In this document: positions 1 through 12,992 of the stretch, one piece after another | Numbering within the stretch: the first letter of the stretch is position 1 | Layout of the letters: the number at the start of each line of letters is the position of its first letter | Origin: Raillietiella orientalis | Lineage: Eukaryota | Direction: 5' to 3' | Assembly: GCA_036172245.1 (NCBI GenBank) | Contig: JAYWIR010000070.1 | Location: 310,001-374,000, forward strand | DNA: 64,000 nucleotides | The notes under the pieces: model-generated | The model's input: the letters and a program-made list of their open reading frames with translations, nothing else | The model's database searches: none | What the model was told of the DNA's origin: nothing | Translations under genes and position numbers: made by a program

Positions 1-2328
1 CCGCGGCGCGCAGGAGTGGAGCACGCAGAAAGGGAAGGAAGAAAGAGAGAAGGAGGGGAAGGAGGGGGAGTGGAGAGAAGCAGGGAGAAAAAAAAAAAAA
101 AAGGCGGCGGGAAGTGGGAGACGAGGAGCGCGCAGGCGTTCCGCCGGCGCAGAAACATCCCGAGCGGCCCCGACTCGGCTGGAAGAAGGGAGAGGCGTCT
201 GCGGCGCGCACATCCCCCGGGATGGCGCCGCAGCCTCTGCAGTGGCGGCGCCGGCAGGGGCGTGGTCACTCGTTTTCCCCTCTCGGCGCTTCTGGACTCC
301 TAGGAGGTCCTCCCAATGCAGCAGAAGGGCGTAAGAGAGGGGAGAGGAGAAGGAGGAGCGACAGCGCCTTCCTCATTTTCCTGCATATAGACGCAGCTCC
401 CAAAAGTCCGGGTGGTCCCGAAAAGGAGGCAGAATCGCACATCTTCCCCTTCGTCGCCTCTGCATGCTCCCTCATAGCGAGAGGGGAGGGGAAGCGCTCG
501 CGTTGATCGAAATATCCCCTATCCTCTGCCTTCCCCACTTGAACTCTTCCCCATTTAAGTGCCCTACCCAAGCATCGTTCCCGTTGAAAGGGAAGAGGGC
601 TGTCTCGCCCCGGGCGGCTGGAACTCGAATCCGGGAGCTCCAAGAGCATTCGTCTCTGCCAAGGCGGGGGTGGGCGTCCCCAACAATGCTCATTCAGCTA
701 ATTCACTGCCAATAGCGGCAAGATAAGGAACCATAATTATCGATAAGAAGATAGCTCTCCGCCTCAGCGTATCTCACTGAGTTGTCTATATACACCTTCC
801 GGTACGGCATCTTCATTTTGCAGCTCCACTTCCCTGCGCATGCACGTCGAGACTCTTCCCGGACCTTCTCGAAGGCCCCTGCTAGCTGCTCAATCTCCCT
901 TCGGGCTGCGTCCCTTCCCAAGGGACTCCCCTTCCCTGCAGGGAGAAGTGTGTGGGAGGCGCCGTCGGCTCGGAAGAGTCAGCGGCCCCGACCCGGCCCC
1001 TTTCCTTGTCCGGATCAGAGAAATTCTGCTCTGAGGGAAAGAAGGGATGCGAGAACTTGAGGAGGGACGGGGATTCCAGACTGCACTTCGGCGGGCGCTG
1101 CTCCGGAAGAGAACTGACACATCGCTCTCACGATGACCGTGGACCCTACTCAGAGGCTGCCAGCAGATGCGCGCGTTCGGCTCCGAGGAAGCTCGAAAGA
1201 GCTCCAGGGACTTTAGCGCGGAGAAGCAGAGACGTGTAGTGAGCGCCATGCACTCCATTCTGACTCCCTGGAGGAGTGGGCATCGTTCTTGAAGAGTAGG
1301 GAGCCTCACAGGGAGCTCTCAAGGCTCCCGGTGACTCCCGGTGGCTCATTCCCGAGAAGCGCCACCTCATCCACAAGGACGGCGACTTCGGAAGCAGGAA
1401 CGGCAGGAGGAAGGGCGAAGGAGGAGGAGAGAAGGGAACTCTGGAAAGAGGAAGCTGCGCAGCTCCTGGAGACACCCCAGACTGCCACCGCGCCCTTCGC
1501 CGGTGCTCCGTCGGTCACTCCGGCTGAACCTTGGGCCGGTTACCTCTTCTGCGTAGGCGCCACGTCGGGTGTCGTCCATTCTGGAAGCCGCTAGCGCGCC
1601 GGCCTCCGGAGGACCAGTAGACAGGAGACAGTAGCAGCCAGGAGCTACCCCACAGGCCTGCCCCCCACACAGAGAGCGAGGACTCCGTACAGGATCCGGA
1701 GCGACCGACCGAACTCGGATTTCCTCCTCTCCCTTCGGCTCGGAGATGAACTGGTGCCCACGGCGTCCTTCCGAGAGCAGCGAGCCGCCATCCTTAACTC
1801 AGACGAGGCTTCTCAGCTTTCGCTTACGGTGCGTTCCCCAGCGCTGCGTCTCCTTGTCTTTTCTTGCCGACTCCCTTCTCGTTCCTCTTCTCCGACAGGT
1901 CCCAACTCCTCCTGAGTTCTCATGGAAACCGGAACGTGTTTCCAGGATCCTCAGAAAAGGAGGAGGAAAAGGAAGGAAGACAAGAGGGGAATCTTTGGGA
2001 AATCCAAAAGTCGTGGGGAGCTCTACGGTTTGGGAGCAGTTTGATCCCTCGTCTCTCCGAGGACATCCCACATGGAAAACCGCTCCACCGCAACACGCGG
2101 AATCGAATCCCGTAATCCTCCTCCTGTCGAATACCGACTGGAGGAAGGAAGAGGAATTCGTCCGCTAATTGAGGAAGCTGGGATCCATAGAAAGCACGAG
2201 GAGGGTTCCCGAAATGCATCCTTTCTTTCCCTCGTGAATCTTGCGCCATCCTTTCTCCTCTGAGGATACGCCAATCGGAATTGACTCCTCGCCTTCATAG
2301 CGACGCATCCATCAACCGTGTGAAGCCT

Positions 2329-2363
2329 GTATTCATTCGTAACCCATGGTTACGAATGAATAC
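2329..2363. repeat. Perfect inverted repeat, 16-bp arms, 3-nt loop
   Basis: GTATTCATTCGTAACC-CAT-GGTTACGAATGAATAC. Confidence 0.95.
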
Positions 2364-2652
2364 TCGTTTCGCTATCAGCTCGACCGATTACTTATCAATC
2401 TTCTGCTGGAATTTGCGTCCCTAAATCCACCAATCAACAGGAGCGGAGAGAGAGCGCCTCCGCGCAAAGCAAACGTTGCCAGAAGCTCGTGGAGTAATTT
2501 GGCGGGAGCGTTCTCAGAGGCAGAGTGATGTTCCCGGCCTGCTTCCGTGACACTCATCCCCCCGACTAGAGCGCTCTCCGTTAATCTTCCTCCTCGGTAC
2601 GCAACGTCGGTTGCTGCTGTTTCTGCTGTCGCCGCCGAATTTCCCAATCTCC

Positions 2653-2712
2653 GTTTTTTTTCCTTTTTCTTTTTCTTCTTCTTCCTCTTTTTTTTTCTTG
2701 TTTTCGTCTCTC
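2653..2712 (+). repeat. T/C-rich polypyrimidine tract
   Basis: Poly-T and TTC runs; source of the poly-Phe and poly-Lys/Glu spurious ORFs. Confidence 0.8.
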
Positions 2713-5700
2713 CTGCATGGGATTCTCTGGGGATTTTGAGAGCACCTTGGAATCTGCTTGGAGACGAAATCGATGATCCAGCCGCTCACGGCCTGCCTAG
2801 AGCGAAGATGCGGCACTCTGCCGGAAGAAAAGTGACGCTACTTCTGTTCGATATCTTCCCGCCGTGCTCGCCGCCACTGAAGTGCTGAAGGCTCCAGTCA
2901 ACTGCCGAGCACACTGACGGCAGCAGTGACGTCGGACGAGAACCATCCTAGCACGAGATTCGTGGTCCATTGCAGCGGGTTTCCTCCACGAGATATCATA
3001 GCTCGTTCTACCCTAGAGTTACGGCAACTTTCCGGCCCCGGATCATCAAAGGAATGAAGATGGTAGGATGTACGCGGTACCCACAGATCATTGAGGGGGC
3101 CGGCACGAGGATGTCCTTTGCGAGGACTTCTCTTTCAAGCACCTGGTTCCATCATCGGAGGTGTCAGAACCCTGAAGATGCCGTACCCGCAGGTTGAAAG
3201 CGCCCCCTCTTTCGCCGACCGTGAAGTCTGACCCGCTCTCAGCAGACCACTTCATCAGGTCACCTTTGATAGGAGAAAAAAAAAGTCCCTCATGCAATCA
3301 CTTGTTGCGTGCTGGAGCTCCTCTTTGCGGCGGTCAAGGTGAGAGGAGCAAACTTTTCTCATCTCTGTCCTACTCTTCTACACTTCCTTTCCTTGGACCC
3401 AATCTCTTTGCGTACATTTGCTGGATACCACGCTGCATCTCCTTGAGATCTCTTTGCTCCTGACACCGTGCTCCGGCGGATCTCTTCCAAGGTACAGGGG
3501 TCGCGAAGTGTCAGAAGGGTACATCTCCTCGAACTGAATCATAGTTTCCATGGAACTCTTCGGATCGCGTGGGGATGCTGAAAGTGTCTCTAGGTTATTC
3601 CGGCTGGGATTCCACCGGGAAGGGAAAATGGGAAACTGAGGGACAGCCAAGAGGTGGAAGATGGGGCGTGCATCCTGCTGAGGCATCCCAAGGGTTCCGG
3701 TGTCATCGAAACATCGGAGGCTCCAGTGCCGTACACGGATGAGGTTCATCGCCAAGCAACAAACGAACTCAAGTGGTCGCAAGCGGGGTCAAATGAAGTA
3801 GCTATGATGTCGAGGACATCGATCTGCCTCGAGGTAAGCGGGTGCGCATCGCGCGATGGCAGCTAACTTCCTGCAAGAGCGGAATCGGAGAAAACGCAGG
3901 ATCCGCCGACTCTTTATGAGTTTCTCTGCCGCATATCGGGAATGCGAAGGTGGTCCTAGACCATCCCGAAGGAGTGATAAGCATTCGATCTGACGAGGTG
4001 CATGGCGTGGCAGCGACGGGAAAGGAACTGCTCCATTCCGAGAGCTACACCTTGCTCTTCTCTTCACGGAAGCGACAGCAGAATCAACGGCTTGCTGTCC
4101 GGGTAGTCCACAAGGAGCGCCCCGCAAATCAGCGCTTCCGTTCCTCCCAAGACTTTACTCCTTGTCGAGGATGGTAGTCCCAGATCTCATAGCTTTCTGT
4201 CGCCCAGCAGAAGAGCCAGCTGGCCCTCGCCTGGAGTCACCGCTTTTGGTTGAGAGAGGTTAGGAGTTTCGAAAGGTCTCGCAAAGCCCATAGCGGCCGG
4301 ACGCTGTCGTGGTGCAACCAACGTCCTCCCACTTCGATCTTTCCTACTCCCTAAGGCTGCCGCATGAAAAACTCCGGGCGTTGCGAGACGTTCTCGAATG
4401 TCGTTGGTGCTTTTTTTTTCATCCTGAGAATGGGGAACGCGCCCTTCATCCCCGAGCGTCTCCGGCTCGTCCGCGGAGGCGAGCTCTGAGAAGCTGCATG
4501 GAGCCCTGGGATGCTGAGTCTCGGCTCCTCGCAGCCGGCTCTGCACCTCCGCGATCTTCTCGGCGAGGTGGCCTCCCGATTCGGAGTTCTCCAAGATGTG
4601 GTGTCCCGTCCCTGCATCCCATTCTTCCCCGATAGCCATCCCGTGCTATGACGTGGCACCACAAAAGCCGTGCTCACGGCTGTCGCTCGGTCCGTGCGTG
4701 GAAGGTCGGACACAGATGCGCTCCGCGTGGGGTCCGATCTGAGAGCGTCCTTGCGGGTGGCACTCGACGAGACTGACTTTTTTTTTGTGTGTGTGTTTTT
4801 GTGTGTATGTGTCGTGCCCCACTAATCCCGGCGGTCCGTTCTCCCACGAGCGGTTCCCAGCAGCAAATGATTTCTACGGTACGTTTCTTTGTGTGCGCAG
4901 GGCGAGGACAAAGGGGACAAGGAAGGTTGAGGGCTCCGTGCGCGGCTGCGCACGCGAGCGGGATGAGGTTCGTGCGCGCCTTCGCTTTCCAGCAAGGAAA
5001 GGGATGCTTTGGAGAGAAGACTGAGGGAGAGGAAGGGGGGAAGAGAGAGTACTGAAGGAAACGGGGGGTCCAAGACGAACCCCAACACGTTAGGGCTGAA
5101 GCACCACCTACCGCGCGCATGGAAGCGGCCGCTGATAGGAAGGAGCGCGGCGTCTCAGAGGCGCCCTGTGACTCATCCCGCACCTTGCCACCACGCTCGA
5201 CAGGGCACACAGCTCGGGGCGACCCTGTCGGCGGTGTCTTCAAAGAGTGAATGTCTCGAGGAAGGCGGAAGCAAAGGATTCAGACATCGTGGACATCAGA
5301 TGTCCTTACGTCGGGGACCCTTAGGAGGTGCGCGGGGCGGCCGCCGGGAATGGTCGGAGCATCCCGGGATTCGATGACCTGCCCTTCCCACGCGCTCGTC
5401 CCTTCCCTCCACCTTCAGGATAGTCAAGCCGATTCTCGTAGCTCGGGCAATCTCTGCTACCGATTCTCCCGAGTTCGAGAGCAGCGTTCACTTCGACTCG
5501 TTCCCGGCAATCGAAAAGGGAACGATTGCACCAGCTTTCGAGGGGTAGGGGGAGAGGGAGTAGGAGGAAGAGGGGCAGAGGTGGGTGAAGATGGGTGCGA
5601 GGGGCAACCCTGGGAAGGAAACTTTGCTTTGGGGTTCCTTCGTCTGGTTTCACCTTTTGTAACGCTCCCTGAACAAAGGGAAGGCGGTCGCAGTGCAAAG

Positions 5701-8700
5701 TGCGTTTGGAAATCCTCATTTATTATGATGGTTGTTATAGGCAACAGACGACAACAACGGAAAAAAATACGGAATTCTCTCCATCTGCCGTTCGGGTTCT
5801 TGGGGAAAAGGGCGGAAGGAAAAAGGAAGAGAGAGAAACAGACAGAGGGAGAGAGCGCGAGAGAGAGCAAATGGAGTCGCTTTCTTGTAGGATGCTTCGA
5901 GCGTTCGAACGCACGGCCGCCATTTTGCTGCCAGCTTTCTGTCTGCATTTTATTTTTGTTTTTATTTTTTTTCGAGACACGTCCTTCCGAGGAGCACTTG
6001 GAAGCTTCACGGCGAACTTTTAATTCAATTAGAGGAGAAGTCGGGCGACTCCGTCATTCGAGCAGCAGCATCATTTGCCGGAATCATTACCACGTCTCGT
6101 TCAATCATCGGGAAGCGGTCCTCCTCCTCCTCCCCCTCTTCCTTCTTCGACACGCTCTCCTTTCAAGACGCACACAGAAGCAGCAGCCTACGGCAGCGGA
6201 GGCAGCAACAGCAACAACAGAGGAGAGAAGAGAGGAGGTGAGGGTCACCACCCGGGTACGCCCGGGGCGTGAGGAGGTGGGGGAAGGGAAGGAAGACGAA
6301 GGGGAAGGGGAACTCACGCCTCCACGGCTGCGGCCTTCGGCGGAGGAACTTTCCACGGACGGAATCATCGCGACGAAAAGTCCCGCTCGCGCACCGGGGC
6401 ACGGCGGAAAATCGATACGACGGCTCCGGCCTCCTCCCGTCACTCATCCCCTCCTTTTCCCCTTGACGGATACCGTTCTGGGGAGCCGAAAGGTCGACCG
6501 GTTCTCCGTGAAGTCGATCCTCACCCCCGTTCGCAGCTCGGCGAGCCATCAGCGAGCTGAAGAGGCTGCCATTTCCGAGTTGCTACCAGGCACCTCCCGT
6601 CTGCTGCGAACCCGTGAGCTCCGGGAGGGGGAAAGGGGAAAAGAGAAGAGGAAAAAAATGGTGTAGAGGGAGGAGACTGTTGCACTGAAGAAGACAATCC
6701 TCCTAGCTAACGGTAACAACAGTAGGTAGTCCACCACGAAGAATCTCAAGTTGTAACTTCCTTGTTTTGGGGGAGAGGGATGAAAGAGTGGATAGAGAAA
6801 GAGGGGAGGAAGAGAAGGGAAGGAGAAAACGAAGCGGTATCCGTGGAGATGGAGAGGTCTTGGTTCAGAACCCTTCCGAATGATGGGAAGCGGCGAGAAG
6901 ACCCAGGATGCGGCAGCACAAAATACGGAAGGCAGCTGCCCGCTGCGGTCGAGACAGCAATTCGGTGAGGCAGGGGCGCAGTTGCTTGAGCAGCCGATCC
7001 TCCGAGAGCTGAGGTAAGAGGGAGTTTGGAGTTGCCAAAAAACTTTTCGAGGGACCCTGAGAAGTGCTCCAGAGGAAGCGAAGCTCTTGGACAAAGATCC
7101 GGCACCGGAAGGGAGTAAGTGCTCAGTGAGTCTAGTCTTGTGGAATTCATATCCAGCGAACATGAGAGGAAGTGGAATTTAGTCTCCTCCATGAGAATGC
7201 AGCAGCTGCGGTAGTAGCAGCCGGCGAAAGCTTCAAGGCTCCGCTGACCCTGGCAGCGGTCAGCTGGTAAAAAGCTCAAACAGCGCAGAAACAGACCGTC
7301 TCCAGGCACTGTCGATGCCGTGTGGGTGGGTCACTCACCACACCACCTGTGGTGGAGGTGAAGCCGTCCCAGAGTCCTGCTGCACCTCCCTCTTTCCCCC
7401 TTACGCGCTCCGCGGACGCTGCCTCCCTCAAAAATTCAAAGATATTTCGGAGTCCAGAGGCGACCACAACGACAGCTGTTGAGACAGAACGAGATCTCCA
7501 TTGGGGGAAGGAACGGCGTTGAGATCTCCAGAGGAATGAATAGGGACGAGAGGAAACCTCATTATTTTCCACGCCACCCCCTGCACCTGCCCTTCCTTCC
7601 CCTCCCTTCCCTCCATGCCACACCCCTAGCCACTCAGAAGCGCATGCACGGGAGCAGGAGGAAGGTAGGAGAAGGCCCGAGAAGCCCCCCCAGTTTGGTC
7701 CTGGGAGTCACGTTTTCTTTATCCCAGGACCAAATGCAGGGTCGAGCAGCCCCGCCGTGGAGAGGCGAATGGCTCGACGTCCCAAACGCTTTTGGTTTTC
7801 TTTTATTTCCCCCAGCGGTAGTGACGTCAGATGATCCTCCTGCCGACTGGTCCTTTGAGTGCGCAAGCGTGACGAAGGCGGTGGAAGGGGACGAGGAACA
7901 GGTGAAGGGGATGGGGTGAGACAGGAATTCCCTTTCTCCTCCTCCCTATTGCCCCATTAGACAATCCGGAAAGTACCTCCAGGCGGTTGCACGCACCCAT
8001 CGTGGAAGCCATCGTTACCCCACGAGAGCGCCCAGAGCGGCGAGCAAGAAGCGTGTTGTCGGTATGGAGGGGAAGCGCCCTCCGAAAAAACACGCATGCT
8101 GTCCTCCGGCATCCGAAGAGGGTGGTAGGACCCTCCCCGCCCGGGAACTAGCACGGTCGAGACACCACTGTGAGAGCTGCTGAAGAGGTTGAGCTGTGCG
8201 TGGGGGAGGAGGATCGGAGGATGGAACAAATGACGCCAGCAACTCTCTTGAAGGCAGGACCTTCTTCGCTCAGAATGTAGTGGGTGTTCGAGTCGCTTGG
8301 GGTCTCGGCAGCCTGTCTGCTAAGCCCGCGGCTCCCGCTGCCTTCCCCTCTTCCTGCGCACGGCCTCGCTCTTCCTCTTGCCACTCCCACCGTCTTCGAG
8401 GGGGCTCTTCCTGTGCTGCCCACTTTCCTCGGAGTCTGAGTAGCATTCGGTTCCCTGACAGCTCTCCGTCAAAGGGTAAGGAGAGATGGAGGGTTTGGTC
8501 CGCAAGGCACGCTTCTCATGCTTTCCACCTTTCCCCTCTATGACCACTCCGGATTGGACGCTTCCCGGAATTTCCTTCGGATAGCTTCTCTCCTCAAGCT
8601 CCCTTTGTACCTTGCAGTCTAGGCGAGGAGAGTGTCCCTGTTTTCGTTCCTTTGGAAAGCTCGTCACTGCCCCCCCTCTTTCTTTAACGAGACCATTTTC

Positions 8701-11700
8701 TCCGCACTTCTGGTTCCCACCGCTTCGGAGACCGCTCCCCCAGGATTGTCTCTTTCTCTTCTTCGCCTCCCCTTCTCTGCTCAACCGGCACCCTTGTGGG
8801 TGCCCCGTCCGGCGGAAAAGGGGGATAGGAGGAGGGGGAAGAGGGCGAGACTGCAATGGGGCGCGCGCACGAGCCGCCTACTGCCCCAGCTATTGCCGCG
8901 GCACAAAAGCGGCCGTTTGCCAGAGCTCTTCCTCGAGGAACGCGCGCCCGCGCTCTCGGACGAGGGAGCCAATCATGCGGGAGGAGGGAACGGCGTTCCG
9001 GGATGTATTCCATTAAGTGAGTCTTCCAGGAGAGCGGAGCGCAATTATGTGAGAAAATGATCAGGGAGGCGGAGGGACGCTCCTTTGTGAAAACAGCAGT
9101 TATCAAATAAAAACTCCATAACCCGGATCCCGTGCGCTCCCAGAGGAACCCGCAGGATGCGAAGGGGGAAGAGTTCGAAGCCTCGGCGGGCCTCTGCGCT
9201 GCTCCACCGCCGCTGCCCTATCACGTCGCCCCCGTCGGACGTCGCCGTCCAGCAGCGGAACTGCTCAGAAGTTCGGGGGACTCTGGAGTGAGAAGGAAGG
9301 CAGGTGCAAGAGGGAACACGACGTTTGGAAACTGAGGGAGAGGGAAGGTTGGGCGTTGTGGGTTGGACTAGGCTGGCGATTGGCGCACGCGACTGGCCCT
9401 TCGCCGCGCCACCTTCCCATTCCGGATGCTCCCCAGCTGAGGGACCAACACTTCGAATATTCTTGAGAATTCAGGAGAGTTGCCTAGCCACCGGATCCTA
9501 CTTCTTTTCCTTCCTCCTCCCGCATCCATCCCTCGCGCGAGGGGCAACGCCCGCTACCCTACGGCATGATTACACCGAGTGCTGCTACAGCCGGAAGTCC
9601 AGGGGTTTCCTTTCGTCCTTTCCGATCTGAAAAGGGGCACTGGGCTTTCCCAAAGCAACGAGAGCGCGCGCGCTTTCCTGTGAGCGGATGATGCCGTAGG
9701 TAATTCTTCAACCACGAAACGCTCCAGGGTGATCCCTTGGGAAGGTCAAAAGATCGCCTAAGGTGATCTTGAACCACGGTCGCATCACCTTCCGCCTTCA
9801 CGGATGCGCAAGATTCAGAAAGGAGAGAAGGTGGGCGGCCCTCTGAGCAAAGGGAGATGTGAAGGAAGGGCTAAATAGGCATCTCTGCGCACCTGCATTT
9901 CCAGGAGGAGTGAGGAGGGAATTGGGATAGGTGGAAGGAAGAAGCCTTGCAAAAATCCTCTTTCCATCCCCTAGCGGAGGATGGGACAGAGATGGCTGCG
10001 GGGAAGAAAAATGCTCCCCCTTCTTCACCCGGCTTTCCGTCCAGCCGGAAGAAGATAAGGGGTTGCAGGGGAGGGTGCCTCTGACTTCCAATAACGTCCT
10101 TGAAGGTCCCCTTGAGCGAGTCACACGGCATTGCTAATGAATGCGAGTTGTGAAGAAGAGGTGGAACAAAGCAAGAAAGAAAAAAAGACAAGAAGAAGAT
10201 GATGGTTGTGATAGTGATGAGGGTCATAAGCATCTATAGGCTGTAAAGAAAGCTGACCTCTGCGTGGCACCCGATGACGGAAGAAGGAAGGACGCAAAGA
10301 GAGTGAGTGATAGAAGGGTGAAAACTCGTCTCCCTCCTCAGCCTCTCTTCGCCCACCACCCCTAGATTCTCCTTGCAGGCATCCGGCGATTTTGTCTCAA
10401 AAGAAGAGTGTCTGAAAGGGAAAGGGTAAGGGAGTCTAAGATGAGGAAGGAGGGGGGGAAGGGACGTCACATTTCCCGAAGGAACATGTGTCGAGTGAAA
10501 CAGATCAACCTGAGGACCTCGATGTATCTGTATTTCCCTCGGTTTTGTCACAGAAAAATGACCTCAAAACCTCTGGAAAGTCCCGAAGTCCAAAGAAGGG
10601 AAAGGAAAGGGAGAGGAGAAGGGAAAGAGAGACGGACAGGACAAGAACACGGAAGTCCTTTTGGAGGAGCTCAGCATATCCAGAGAATGAGATGCATCCA
10701 TTGCCCCTTCCCCTTCCCCTCCTGGCAATGAAGACAACTCTGCATGGTCTCGAGGTCTTTGGGAAAGGCAGTTCCATGATTCTAAGCAAAGGTCTGCTCC
10801 AAAGATGCAGATAGGGACGGTGATGTGCTCTCTGGGATCAAAGAGGACTTCCAATATACAAGGGTGCGGGAGGACTCCTTGTAAGGGAGGAAAGGAGGAA
10901 TAGAAGTGACTCGGGAGTCGGGAGTGGACGGTGGGAGGAAAAGGAAGGGAAGGAAGAGGAGGAAGGTGAAAGAATGAGGCGTAAGAATGAAGAAGGAAAA
11001 GTATGCTGCCACCGCTGCTGCTGCTGATCGTGCGTTAATGATGATGGGGAGGAGGGCGGAGTCAGAGTAGCCCACCACACGGTAGAACGCAACCATCAAA
11101 GTTGCCATCTGTAAGGATTGCAGCCGCCATCTGCACTGAGGGATCTCAATCACGCTTTCCGGTGTCTTCCCTCTGGTGGGAAAGGATTCTCGGCAGCTGA
11201 TCTCCCCCGAAGAAGGAGCCAATGTGGGAGGCGACTGAGACCTGTGGCGAAGAGGCGCAAAGCGGTGAGAGAGAGGAGACGATGTTCAGTATCGCCTCTG
11301 CTGCCACCTGAAGCGGCCGTCGCTAATACTCTTCGAACTCCTGAATGATCCTCTCCGGAGGGCGCCAGCGCCAACTGGAACCAATGGCCTGAGGCTATAC
11401 CACAACAGCAGCAGCGGATGCTAAACGAGGGAAGGATCCTAGTTGGCCAAGACTATACGATATCTTTCTCCAGCATCCGAGGCTGGCACTCTCAGAGAAA
11501 GTTGTCCCAGGCGCTGTGGTCTCGGGGAACCACCCAGTTCGCAACTGTACCGGAAGAACAGTCGAAGTCCCATTCCCTCTCCCCTTCCCCTAAAGAGAAG
11601 GGAACGCTCGTAAAAACGAAGGAAGAAACAAGGAAAGTTGCAGCAGAGGGACGAGTTGACCCAGGTGCTCGGGTCCAGGAAGGCGGTAGAAAGCTGCAGG

Positions 11701-12992
11701 CAAAAGAAAGAAATGCATCGGCACCTGGCTCTAGCGCCGTAGCAAAGGCGGAGCCAGGAGCGCATGTCCCTACACGCAGGATCTCCCCAGTCGACAGAGC
11801 GCCCACACTGCCCCATCGCCTCGGAGCTGTGTCTCGGAGAGTTGGTGCTCTTTCTCAAAGGACTCCGATGGCGACGACTTCACTTCTTGGAGCTCCCAGG
11901 GGTCCGGAATCGCCACGACGGCGCTCGGCCGTTTCCTCCCTCTACTTCTCTTCTGAGCATCCAAGACTTCGAGATGTGGGAGGGTGCTACAGTCCGCCCC
12001 CTCCCACCTACCCCACTAGCTCGAGTCCGCTTCCCCTCCCCCCCCCCCCATAGCATGCACTCCTGTACCGAATCGGCAAAGGAAGGAGGGTTACGCTCTT
12101 TGTGCCGCCCGCCGCCCCACGCTCAGATCCAAGCTACACTAGAAGCCGGGATCCGTGTAAACCGCGCCTCCTGCCCTGCCGAGAAACCGTCCTCCAAACT
12201 CACTATCAGCTCTACTCTCCCCCACTCGTGGTGTACCAGCTCAGACTCAGGCTGAAGGGCCAGCAAGCCGCAGTAGGGACTTCGGGAGGTGCGAAATCGG
12301 GTGCCTCTCTTCCCGCTTTCCCACACAAGCCCGCAAAGCACTCTCAGGCATCTTCCTTCTCCGCGAAGGACACGAGCAGAAGACGCTCGATGGTTCGCTC
12401 ATGCACCAACTGTCGGAGACACCGTTTGCAAGGGATGTCCAAGTGTTGGACATCATTTCAGAGGATGCGAGGGGGTGAGAAAACTCAGTGACCGAAGGAA
12501 GATCCTTCTTTCCTTCCCGCTGCTGGAGGACATATCCTGAGTGAAGGAAGCGCGAGATAGTGAAGGACGACCCTCGACACGTGGTCATCTGCAGAAGTCA
12601 TGTCAACCTCCATCTGATGATGGAGGAGGAGGGGAAGGAAGGGTGAGCAAGGATTCTCTTGGCCGTTTCACAAGAGACCCCTCCGCCCGCAGTCAAGGCA
12701 GCCTCCTCATCCGAGAGTGCAGAGTCCGACAGACTCTACCGCTTCCTTTTCCGTAGCACATGGCGGAAGAAGGAAACAGGGGAGGCACAAAGAGGGGAGG
12801 GCGATGGAAGGGTGAAAACACATCTCCCCCCTCCACTTCCTTCCATCCACCCCGTTGAACTGCACGCTTTCTAGAGATCAAAGAGCCGGGGAGAGAGGAA
12901 CTCGTGGCATCTCTCTTTCTTCCCCACCCGGTAGTTCCCTCACCACCCTCCTCCCTCCCACCCCCCTCCCTCCAAGATAAAAAGGACGTTAC

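Larger units (their letters stand above)
1..12992 (-). other. acj6: Probable intron of the acj6/POU4 gene (at least 13 kb unless unrecognised micro-exons are present)
   Basis: Begins at the GTAACG donor. I did not find the expected next motif (RAEALAAVD) or any POU-specific/homeodomain sequence on the minus strand in 1-12992. Confidence 0.6.

Noticed and set aside
5251..6666. Longest ORF (471 aa, + strand)
   Set aside because: Low-complexity translation of GA-, T- and CAG-rich tracts with no recognisable domain; lies antisense within the acj6 intron.
10095..10135. Minus-strand 'PCDSL' resembling a short Drosophila Acj6 segment as I recall it
   Set aside because: Only four residues match, the nearby AG gives the wrong phase for the phase-0 donor, and there is no clear donor.
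12693..12992. ORF-track continuation of the POU4 frame beyond NQP
   Set aside because: Read-through into the intron after a good donor at the conserved position; the peptide is unrelated to POU4.
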